From Heteronotia binoei (Eukaryota): 64,000 nt of DNA. The translations under genes were made by a program, and so were the position numbers. Shown piece by piece: positions 36,001 through 44,828 of this stretch. The notes under the pieces were generated by a model. It ran no database searches. It worked only from the letters and a program-made list of their open reading frames with translations, and was not told the origin of the DNA. Position 1 is the first letter of the stretch. Each line of letters starts with the position of its first letter. The stretch covers positions 45,508,001 through 45,572,000 of the forward strand of contig NC_083241.1 in the NCBI RefSeq assembly GCF_032191835.1, given 5' to 3'.

Positions 36001-39000
36001 CATCATCGTGTTCCTGTTCAGCCAGCTCTTTCAGACGCTTGGCTTCAGCCTCCTTCTCCCTTGCCTCGCACTCTGCCACCCAGGCTTTCCATTTCTTAGC
36101 CTTTTCTTTTAACATTTCCTCAAATCCGGGTGGGTCTGGATTGACAGTCAGAGTGACATAGGGACACTTGTACCTAGCGGGACGTTGGCCTTTGGTGGAC
36201 CTGGCAGACACCCGTGGCCCTGTGCTTGGACCAGCTTTGTCTTCTTCGGGTTGCTCTGTTCCCACCTCCTGGGCTGGTTGCTCTGCCCCTGTAATTGGGT
36301 GTTGAACCTCCTGACTCTCACACTTTACCTCCAGTTCCTGCATTTGAGGCTCTGCCTCCTGACTCTGCTCGTCAGGCTCTGTGCCAGCATTCGGCTCACC
36401 TTCTCCAGCCCCACTGGGTGCCACCTCCTGGGCTGGAGTTCTGGGCTGCGCTCCAACATCGTTATCGCTACTTGGCAGCAGGACAAATTGTTTCTGCAAG
36501 GAGTGCAACCTTGGCCAGCTGCTTTCTTCATTGAACTGGGCACTCTTACTAAGTGTTATCTTGCTTTTGCTATTGCAGAAACGATAACACCTGGCCCTTG
36601 GCTTGTAGCCCAGAAAAATTAGGCTCTCTGCCCGGACATCCCCCTCCCCGCTACTCGTGGAGTGGATGCCAACCCGAGCCCGTGACCCAAAGACTTTTAA
36701 AGAACTCAAATCTGGGGTCTTGTTCAACAGTAACCTGTAAGGCACATTTTTCACAGTATTACACCAAACCCTATTTTGCAAAAAAACAGCTGCATGTATG
36801 GTTTCTGCCCAATAGGACATTGGCAGTTGTGCATCCTCTAACATGCAATACATCACATTCTGCAATACAGCCCCATGCCCATTTTCTCGGGGCGTTGCCG
36901 GGTTCGTCAGACGGTGGGCGATGCCCTTGTTCTCCAGCCAACGTTTCATCTGGTTAGATAAGAATTCCCCCCCTCTGTCGGTTTGTACAGCTAGGAGATT
37001 AACCCCTAATTGTCTCTCCACTGCTTTGACCCACTTGGTGAATGTCTTATACACCTCAGACTTATGCACCATGGTGAAAACCCACGCGTACCTCGTGTGG
37101 TCGTCGGTGGCCACCAAGCAGTATCTCCTCCCCGACAGACTCTTTGGCAATGGGCCAATAACGTCTAAATGGACTAGTTCCAGGGCTCGTGTGCTTTCCC
37201 TTGAGCTTTCCTTAGCAACAGCACACGCCTTGCTTTTGGTCTTCTTGCAGACCTGGCAATCCAAGTAACATTTGCAAGGATTTACTTTCAAACTAGGCAC
37301 AAGCTCCAGGGTTTTCTTTAACGCCCTAAATCCGCAGTGCCCAAGTCTCCTATGGAGCAAATGTATACAATTATTGTGCACAGGCTCATTCGACACCTGA
37401 GCCACCTGGGCACAATCACTCTGGACCACATACAGTTTACCTTCCCTCTTTCCTGTCACAAGCAACTTTCCCCCACCTCCCAGGATTTTGCAGCAGGTTT
37501 TCTCAAATCTCACCTGGTATCCCTGGTCAAACAGTGTGCTAACACTCAACAGGTTAGACTGCAGTGAGGGTACATACAACACATTTTGCAACATACATTT
37601 CAGTGCAGGAAATTCCACATTGCCTGAGCAAACAGAATTGGCAGTGGTCCCATCAGCCAATCTCACATACTTATGCTCAGGACTGTCAATGTTTTTCAAC
37701 AACTCCTTCTCGCAGCAGAGATGGCTCGTTGCCCCGGAGTCTAAAATCCAAGCAGACCCTGTGCTCTCTACTGCAGACGTGACCAGCCGGGTTGCTTCCT
37801 CACACGGGCTGGCGGTCCTCCGCTCTCGCCGCACACGCCCCCGCCTCTTCTCCCTCTCAGGGCAAGCTCGGAGCAGGTGCTGCGACGACCCGCATCCATA
37901 GCAGCGACGGACTGCAAACGCAGTCGGCTCCACTTCCTCCTCCTTCGGACGCCTGCCAGCAGCAAAAGCTGGCTCATTCTTGGCTGTCTTCCCGGACACA
38001 CCGATAACAGCACGCTGCCCGGCCGACACCCCCGGACAGCTCACGGCCGCAATTCTCTCTTGGAAGTCAAGCAGGTGGGCACAGACGTATTCCATGGTCA
38101 GGGTCGCTACGTCCACCGTCTCCAGAGAAGTTATCAGGGGAGTGTACTCAGGTGGCAACGACGACAGCAAAATGTACACTCTGTCGTCTGGAGCTACAGT
38201 CTTGCCTCTTGCCTCCAGCTCAACGAAACAGTCCGTTAGCCGTTTGATGTGATCTTTCACACACCCTCCAGCCGGCATAACGGTGCGGAACATCCTCCTT
38301 GTCAAGGCCATGAGGGAACCAGCAGTGGTGCTAACATGCACCGCACTCAACGCGTCCCAGGCAGCCTTGGGAGTGTCCTTCCCTCGCACATAAACCAGCT
38401 GGTCATCTCCTATAGACAGCACTATGTTGGCCAGTGCCTTATCCGATAACACAGTCTCGGCAGGAGATAAGTCAGCAGGGGGGTTACTCACGAACAGCCA
38501 TTGCCCTTCACGCTTGAGGTAGTGTTGCATTCTCAGGCTCCACACCGCGTAGTTGGCTGAGGTGAGCTTCTCAACGGCTACTCCAAGCTGTTGCTGAGCC
38601 ATCGTGCCGACTCCTCCTCACAGCTGGCTGCCGACGTCCCTCTGGCTCTCAAACAGAGAACGGTGGTGCTTCTGTGTCCTTCACCGGCGTTCCTCGCCTC
38701 CGGCTCTTTCCAAACTCACAGTCAGCTCAACTCTCAACTCTCTCCTCCGCGCAGCGGAACCGCCCTGGGCCCATAACCCTGTCGGAGCGGGAGTAGCAGA
38801 GTGAGGGAGATGACTTGCCCGACACAGGGCTTCAGGAAAGAAAATCAGGCAGACACGTGCAACTAGTGCCAAAAGGTGTATTAACATATATACACAACAA
38901 GTGCTCTCTTGTGCAGTCTATACAATATCACCTCCACGGACAAAGTGCTTCGCCTAACCACCATCTCACAGGGAGAGACCTGTGTGATGCACACACAGAT

Positions 39001-42000
39001 CATATATAGTCCAAGCAGCCAATCCTGGCCATGCTGACTCAGCAGATTGCATCACTTGGCTTCTGCCGGCTCAAGCCGGTCTGCTGATCAGGTCACTGTG
39101 ACCTAGCCTGGCAGCTAGATCACCAGCTGTCATACTGTAGCTGTCAGACTGGGTTTATGTAGATTCTTGCTCCAACAGGGGCATGCTGGTTGTCACAAGG
39201 GGCATGTCTTCAGCCACCTTCTCCAGGACACCTAAAAGAGCAAAAGGCATGCAGAGTCAAGGGAAATTGCACTTTCCTGGCTTCTTGAATGCTGGGACCA
39301 TGGAATTGTCCTGCAAATCCTGTCTTGAGGGAAGATCTCAGCCAGGGCAAAGCAGCTGGAGGCATATTGCTTTGTAAGCTGACTGTCTGGAAGGGTCTGC
39401 CATTTAGGAGCCGTCTCCTCCCCAGCATCCCTTTTCACAAGGGCTTTGGTTCTTCATAAATGTTTGACCTTGTCCCAAAAGATGGTGAGCACACGATGCT
39501 GAACTCCCACCTGCTTTATGCAGTGCTTGATCCACACAGAGAAGAGGCTTCTGTTTTCTACAAAGGTGTTTGTGAACCTCGTTATGGATTAGAACAAATG
39601 TAAAGTGTGCACAGAGAACCCTGCTGCTCCTTCCAAGAACCTGATTATTTCTCACAAAATTAAGACACAAGCCCTAGTTGATGTACTTGGTGAGTTTGCT
39701 ACATCTGACTGAGGTCCTGTTTGGTAAGCTGTGAAAGAACTGCCCCCTCTCTCTTTGCCTCCTTCCAGTGGCTGCGGAAACAAGCAGAGGCTCGGAGGGC
39801 AATCAATACGGATCTTGCTGAGCTGGAGGATCTGTCCGAAGAGGAGAAAAATCCAGACTGGCTGAAGGACAAGGGCAAGTGAGTGGGGGAAGACACAGAG
39901 AAAGCTCTCGCCCACAGAAAAAGGGACATGCCCTGGGGGGTGCAGTTTATCCATTGCTCACTTTCCATGTCTCTTTTCTGCTCCTGTGCAGCCGTTTGTG
40001 TCTCTTCCGAGGCCTGTGTTTCGTGAACCAAACCAATCATTAGTTGTGACCTTCAGTTACATTTGTGTTTTAATTTTTAACTTTTTTAAAACTGGAAGTT
40101 CAGTAACGAGGCTGTCCCGCATAACTGTGTTTTTGTGTTTTTAGCAAAATGTTTGCCACAGGCAATTACCTTGCAGCGATCAGTGCCTATAATTTGGCCG
40201 TTCGTATCAACAACAAGATTCCTGCCCTGTACTTGAATCGAGCCGCTTGCCACTTGAGGCTGAGGAATCTGCACAAGGCCATTGAAGATGCCTCCAAGGT
40301 AGTCCTTAGCCACGTTTACGGTTGCAGCTGATTTGTCCACTGCTTCACTTTGCCATGTGAGCAGTTGGCTTTGCAGACACTACACACTGTAGCACACATT
40401 ATGATTTTGGATTAATACTGATGATTGTTTCCCCCAAATTCAGGCGCATGCCTGCAATTTTTAAAACATTTGGCATCTCCCAGATTCTCCAAAGCTCAAC
40501 TAATCAACATTTTGGAAAACTCTGCTGAAGGATGGAACACATTGTGAGTCCCGTGGTCCCAACGAAGTTGCATTCTGGGTAGAAGCTTTTGTGTGGGTCT
40601 GAAAGGTGCCCCTGGGCTCAAGCTTTGTTTTGCTGCTTCAGGCTCACACAACTGTCCTCCTGGATCTACCTGCTGCAGAGTGACAGTCGTGTGCCATGTT
40701 CTGTCTCAGCTTGCCCGGAATAATATCCGTAGAACATGGACACATCATCATGCTAGGGAAAAGAATCTTGCATGGGGCTCAATGCCCTGCCTCTCACCCA
40801 ATTTCTCAGTTAGGTGCAGCCAGCCAACTGTGCCTTTGCCCCTTCCAGGGGAGCCCAGCTCACGCCTTCTCTGGCCTGCTGTCATTTCCTGCCCACGTGG
40901 ACCTGGTTCTCACAGCTCCGCGTTCTTCTTCCCCCCCCCCTTTTGTACCTTGTGGCAGTGCCCCCCTGGGAGGGCAGAGGCTGTTGTTGAAATGGCAGTG
41001 TGAATATTTGTGAGGGGAAAGTGAGTGAGGGCAGCTGCTTCTGGTGGGAGGGGCTGGGTGTGGGGTTTGGTGGGGAAGGAGGTACACAGTCGGGGGAAAG
41101 GTCTCGGGCAGAGAAGGAAGAAGAAAAACGAGGGGCTGGGGAGAGGTGGCCTCTCCTGGCTTGAGCCTTTGGTCCGCTGGACGGGAGAGTGTCAGATGGC
41201 CCGTGCCGTTTGTGATGGGGAAGACGGACCTGCCGTAAAGTGTCACCTGGAACATATATGAACATATGAAGCTGCCTTATACCGAATCAGACCTTTGGTC
41301 CATCAAAGTCAGTATTGTCTTCTCAGACTGGCAGCGGCTCTCCAGGGTCTCAAGCTGAGGTTTTTCCACACCTTTTTGCCTGGACCCTTTTTAGTTGGAG
41401 ATGCCGGGGATTGAACCTGGGACCTTCTGCTTCCCAAGCAGATGCTCTACCACTGAACCACTGTCCCTCCCCTCTCGTATGTTTCATTCTTCAAGGCCCT
41501 GGATTTGTTAACTCCACCTGTTCCAGACAACGCTAATGCCAGAGTGAAAGCTCACGTCAGACGAGGGACAGCGTTCTGTGAGCTGGAACTGTATGCTGAA
41601 GGTAAGGAGAAAAGATGCCCTCCCCAGTCCTTGGGCTCTTGGGTTCACCACTGCTGTGCTTGGAAATGCCAGTCAGTGCTTGTCCTTTGGTTTATTTTGG
41701 CATTCTGTCACTTACTTCCCCTCGCCTCCCCCCAAGCAGCAAGTCTCCCTCCAGCAACAAGATGGCGCAGGGGGGTTAAATAAAAATACACCATTGGTTT
41801 TTCATCCATATTTTTGTGGTATTTTCTCCCAAAGGACACACTGGGTGGTATAGATTTCTCTTCTTTCTGATGGAGACTGATATGTCAGGTGGGGTAATTC
41901 TAGATAGAAACTTATTTGTTTAGTTTTGCTTTTTAAAGCTGTTAGCCATTGGAAGGTGGGCTGGATGTGCACTGTGTGTGTGAGAGAGAGAAAGAGAAGC

Positions 42001-42761
42001 TTTTAATCTCATTGCATTAGGAGACTGATTGAACAGCAGCTCAGTATTATTGCTGATGTTTGCATACCATCGTTTTTAACTCTCACCACTTTACAAACTG
42101 GGAGCTCGTGGAAGAGCCTTTGTTCTAGCTGGAAGAGAGCAACAAGCTTGGCTTGTGCTCTGTGGAGAGTAAAGGTAGGGTGTGTGTGTGGCTTTGAGGA
42201 GTTCTTGGTGCTCAAAGAAGAGGTGAGAGGAACACAGACTGAGCGGTGTTGCATCCGGGCTGGTTTGGGACACGAGCAGCCCGTCTTGAGAAGCAAGCTG
42301 ATCTTTCTTTGCCCTTTGCTTCTTGAACAAGCTGCTCTTGCCCTATATGGTTAAGGAGAGCCAGTTTGGTGTAGTGGTTAAGTGTGCGGACTCTTATCTG
42401 GTAGAACCGGGTTTGATTCTCCACTCCTCCACTTGCAGCTGCTGGAATGGCCTTGGGTCAGCCATGGCTCTCGCAGGAGTTGTCCTTGAAAGGGCAGCTC
42501 CTGTGAGAGCCCTCTCCAGCCCCACCCACCTCACAGGGCGTCTGTTGTGGGGGAGGAAGGTGAAGGAGATTGTGAGCTGCTCTGAGACTCTTTGGAGTGG
42601 AGGGCGGGATAGAAATCCAATATCTTCTTCTTCTTCATCTGCCTGCTGGATTAATGCTAGGTCTGCAAGATTACATGGCTGCTCTCAAGATTGAACCCAC
42701 AAATAACAGCATCGCAGAGGATGCAGAGAAGATTCGAGGTATAATCCAAGAAACGGGATGA
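33060..42761 (+). CDS. DNAAF4: Dynein axonemal assembly factor 4 / DYX1C1 (about 415 aa; CS/p23 domain, coiled coil, TPRs)
   Basis: Exons 33060-33191, 33280-33427, 33509-33642, 34103-34319, 35099-35244, 39769-39878, 40145-40298, 41496-41601, 42661-42761; total 1248 nt. Motifs [50 protein letters not shown]. Confidence 0.97.
35459..35856 (-). repeat. 3' LTR of the copia element
   Basis: 398-bp direct repeat of 38780-39177. Confidence 0.97.
35942..38602 (-). CDS. Copia Gag-protease-integrase polyprotein (886 aa), no RT or RNase H
   Basis: Gag ([12 protein letters not shown]2-like region, [18 protein letters not shown]), aspartic protease [14 protein letters not shown] zinc finger HRRLGH..CQVC, core LVHLDVIGP / [10 protein letters not shown]3-like LIFLGY..YRF. 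The ORF stops shortly after [14 protein letters not shown], where RT normally begins. Confidence 0.95.
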   Translation of the reverse strand: MAQQQLGVAVEKLTSANYAVWSLRMQHYLKREGQWLFVSNPPADLSPAETVLSDKALANIVLSIGDDQLVYVRGKDTPKAAWDALSAVHVSTTAGSLMALTRRMFRTVMPAGGCVKDHIKRLTDCFVELEARGKTVAPDDRVYILLSSLPPEYTPLITSLETVDVATLTMEYVCAHLLDFQERIAAVSCPGVSAGQRAVIGVSGKTAKNEPAFAAGRRPKEEEVEPTAFAVRRCYGCGSSQHLLRACPEREKRRGRVRRERRTASPCEEATRLVTSAVESTGSAWILDSGATSHLCCEKELLKNIDSPEHKYVRLADGTTANSVCSGNVEFPALKCMLQNVLYVPSLQSNLLSVSTLFDQGYQVRFEKTCCKILGGGGKLLVTGKREGKLYVVQSDCAQVAQVSNEPVHNNCIHLLHRRLGHCGFRALKKTLELVPSLKVNPCKCYLDCQVCKKTKSKACAVAKESSRESTRALELVHLDVIGPLPKSLSGRRYCLVATDDHTRYAWVFTMVHKSEVYKTFTKWVKAVERQLGVNLLAVQTDRGGEFLSNQMKRWLENKGIAHRLTNPATPRENGHGAVLQNVMYCMLEDAQLPMSYWAETIHAAVFLQNRVWCNTVKNVPYRLLLNKTPDLSSLKVFGSRARVGIHSTSSGEGDVRAESLIFLGYKPRARCYRFCNSKSKITLSKSAQFNEESSWPRLHSLQKQFVLLPSSDNDVGAQPRTPAQEVAPSGAGEGEPNAGTEPDEQSQEAEPQMQELEVKCESQEVQHPITGAEQPAQEVGTEQPEEDKAGPSTGPRVSARSTKGQRPARYKCPYVTLTVNPDPPGFEEMLKEKAKKWKAWVAECEAREKEAEAKRLKELAEQEHDDVFYNHDEFLNEFRKGFRAT
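38749..38779 (-). promoter_or_regulatory. Primer-binding site complementary to the 5' half of tRNA-iMet
   Basis: Element strand GGGTTATGGGCCCAGGGCGGTTCCGCTGCGC; the core GGTTATGGGCCCAG is the copia-type half-tRNA PBS. Confidence 0.93.
38780..39177 (-). repeat. 5' LTR of the copia element
   Basis: 398-bp direct repeat of 35459-35856, with the PBS immediately inside. Confidence 0.97.
41250..41467 (-). mobile_element. tRNA-derived SINE (Squam2-like)
   Basis: Minus strand ggttcagtggtagagcatctgcttgggaagcagaaggtcccaggttcaatccccggcatctcc..ataaggcagcttcatatgttc. Confidence 0.85.
42356..42636 (+). mobile_element. Full-length Squam3-like SINE
   Basis: gagagccagtttggtgtagtggttaag (box A), gggtttgattc (box B), body, (TTC)n tail ending 24 nt before the last DNAAF4 acceptor. 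Confidence 0.9.
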
Positions 42762-43031
42762 TCCCGAAAGGACCCCCTGGCCTGGGGGAGCAGCTGTCGC
42801 CTGGAGGCCTTATGAGGCAGCCCTGATGCTGCTCAACAGAGGGAAGTCTCTCTTTCTTGGGCAGTATTTTGGTACAGCATTGCTGGGGTAAAAAGTCAGA
42901 TATTTTCTTGTTCTCATCTTGAATAGTAAGGACACCATTTGAGGTTCTTATTTTGTAAATATGTTTTCTTTGTATAAAATGCTTCCTTAAATAACATGAC
43001 TACGTAAGTTTTCTAATTTAATCTTTTGCTC

Positions 43032-43037
43032 AATAAA
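43032..43037 (+). terminator. Candidate DNAAF4 polyadenylation signal
   Basis: AATAAA in an AT-rich stretch about 270 nt after the stop. Confidence 0.55.
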
Positions 43038-43765
43038 GTAGAAAGAAACCTAACTTTGCTTAAGGCTATGTTTGTTTAAAAACTGCTACTACTACTGATA
43101 AAGTTCTGTCTTGATGAAATGTCAGAATTCCTGGGATAATGAAGTAACCCGGAGTCTACATTGTTCTGGAACATACAGCACAGCACTTCAATAAAGTGAA
43201 AATGTTAGCTGTTTTCTAAGAACCAAATTCTGATCTGTGAGAGTTGACACTTGGAATCAGTTATTCAAAAGCTGATACTTGGAAAAATCCATTCCCAGCA
43301 TAATCAGCGTTCCTCCACTCCAGCAGTCTCCTCCCTCGTATCTGGATTCTGCTGGTGGTGGCAGAAGGTGGATTAATGGAAGGGCCTATGAGAACTCACG
43401 CAGCCCTCTTGCGAGGGATGAGAATGACAGCAGTATTTGCTCTCCCCCTCAGGTGGGTCAGGGCAGATGCCTGCTTGGCCTCTGTGTTTCCAGAGACGCC
43501 ACTTGCTTAGAGCCAGAAGGCTGGAAGGAATCAAGTGGTGGCCACGGTGCCCTTGCTCTTCCCTCGTGCTGCCCGGACTTGGATGGATTGCCCTGCCCAC
43601 AGGAGCTCCTGGTTTCATGTGCAGGAGGGTTCAGCCGTGTGAGCCCCCCCCCCCACATGGGCACTCTAAAGTAGGGCCATGGCAGAGGCTTGAGTCCCTT
43701 GATCTGTCAGTGTGGTTCAGAATCTGAGGACTGCGATAATTGTAAAAAGGTGCAAGCACCTGACC

Positions 43766-43878
43766 CACGGGGTGATGTTGCATCACAATGTTTTCTTGGC
43801 AGACTTTTTATGGGGTGGTTTGAGGTTGCTTTCCCCAGTCATCTCCACTTCCCCCCCCCCCCGCAAGCTGAGATACTT
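43766..43878 (-). mobile_element. 3' fragment of the Sauria-like SINE
   Basis: ggcagactttttatggggtggttt..ttccccagtcatct matches 11680-11750. Confidence 0.65.
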
Positions 43879-44023
43879 GTATTTGTAGATAACTGAAATA
43901 AACATATCTGACTAGTTTAGCCTTTCCAATCTCAAGTAGATTTACTTTGCGTGGCAAATGAACAGCTAAAGCTAAACGGGGGGGGGGGGGGGCTTCTGAT
44001 AGAAGGTGGCGCAGAGGGGCTCC

Positions 44024-44326
44024 TCATGAAAGGTTTATAATATCGGTGTTGTCATCCACCCTGCTTTTGTCCAGGCTGGTGTTAATGCCGCTGTAGTGCG
44101 CCTTGCCGCAAGCAAGCAGGTGGTCCGTGAAGGCGTTGTCCCGGGGGTGGTAGCGGCAGGGGGCCAGGGGTGCGGTGAGGGGCACAGCCCCGTAGTCCCC
44201 GGAGGTGGTCCTGTAGAGCAGCAGCTGGGCCTTGTGGGCGGTGGTGAGCGTGGCGCCCTTCAGCATGCAGGAGAAGACGGGGTTGCCGGGGCTGGCGCAG
44301 GGCCCGGGCTGCGGAGAGGCGTCCAT
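44024..44326 (-). CDS. PIERCE2: Piercer of microtubule wall 2 (C15orf65), about 100 aa
   Basis: PCASPGNPVFSCML..LYRTTSGDYG..PCRYHP..NTSLDKSR matches recalled human PCVNPGNPVFSCML..MYKTNSSHYG. The gccATGG start lies just after a ctcacctgcag acceptor. The start codon is the uncertain part. Confidence 0.88.
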   Translation of the reverse strand: MDASPQPGPCASPGNPVFSCMLKGATLTTAHKAQLLLYRTTSGDYGAVPLTAPLAPCRYHPRDNAFTDHLLACGKAHYSGINTSLDKSRVDDNTDIINLS

Positions 44327-44409
44327 GGCCTGCAGGTGAGAGCGCAAGGTGAGCAGGCCGCACCTGGCAGGGGGCGGGGCGGGCAACGGCTCCTCCCTCC
44401 TCAGCCGGG

Positions 44410-44600
44410 GCCGTTGCTAGGGCTCGCGTTGCCAGGGCAACCGCCTCAGCCGCGCCGCTCTCTGTGCCCTCACGGCTCTTCCGCCGGCGGCCCCGCCCTT
44501 CCCGCCCGCTGCCTCCTGGGGCTGGTAGTCGGCCGGCGGATGGGCCTGCCGCGGCCCCGGCGGCGTCAGGACTACGCTTCCCAGGGTGCATCGGGAGGGC
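44410..44600. promoter_or_regulatory. PIERCE2/CCPG1 bidirectional promoter with X-box and ZNF143-type motif
   Basis: Near-palindromic GTTGCCAGGGCAAC (44428-44441), half site GTTGCTAGG (44413-44421), ACTACGCTTCCCAGGGTGCATC (44571-44592). Confidence 0.75.
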
Positions 44601-44828
44601 CGGAGGAGGCGCAGGCGCCCCGTCGCCCTTCCGGGTGGCTGTTTGTTGTTTCTGCGAAGGAAGGAAGGAAGGAAGGAGCTGCCTCTCAGCCCCCGCCCGT
44701 CTCCTCAGGCCGGGCCCGCCGGTAAGCAGCGCCCCGCGAGGGGGGGGAGGGAGGGGGGGCGGGGCCTGCGAGGGGGAGGAGTCCCCCGCCTGACCCCCCC
44801 CCCCCGCTTTGCTTCCAGCGCCGCCGCC

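Larger units (their letters stand above)
35459..39177 (-). mobile_element. Ty1/copia LTR retrotransposon, 3,719 bp, lacking RT/RNase H, inserted antisense in a DNAAF4 intron
   Basis: LTRs 35459-35856 and 38780-39177 (398 bp, identical by eye, TG..CA, terminal TGTTGGAGC/GCTCCGACA). TSD GGGGC at 35454-35458 and 39178-39182. PBS next to 38779, purine tract AGATTAGGAGGTG next to 35857. Domain order Gag-PR-IN. Confidence 0.97.

Noticed and set aside
38749-38803. Possible tRNA-iMet gene or pseudogene
   Set aside because: Only nt 10-41 and a displaced nt 1-9 are present, with no T-arm or box B; the position next to the LTR identifies it as a PBS.
42356-42430. tRNA-like sequences at SINE heads (also 41400-41467, 11840-11898, 51493-51570)
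   Set aside because: They have box A/B only, no cloverleaf or anticodon arm, and continue into SINE bodies.
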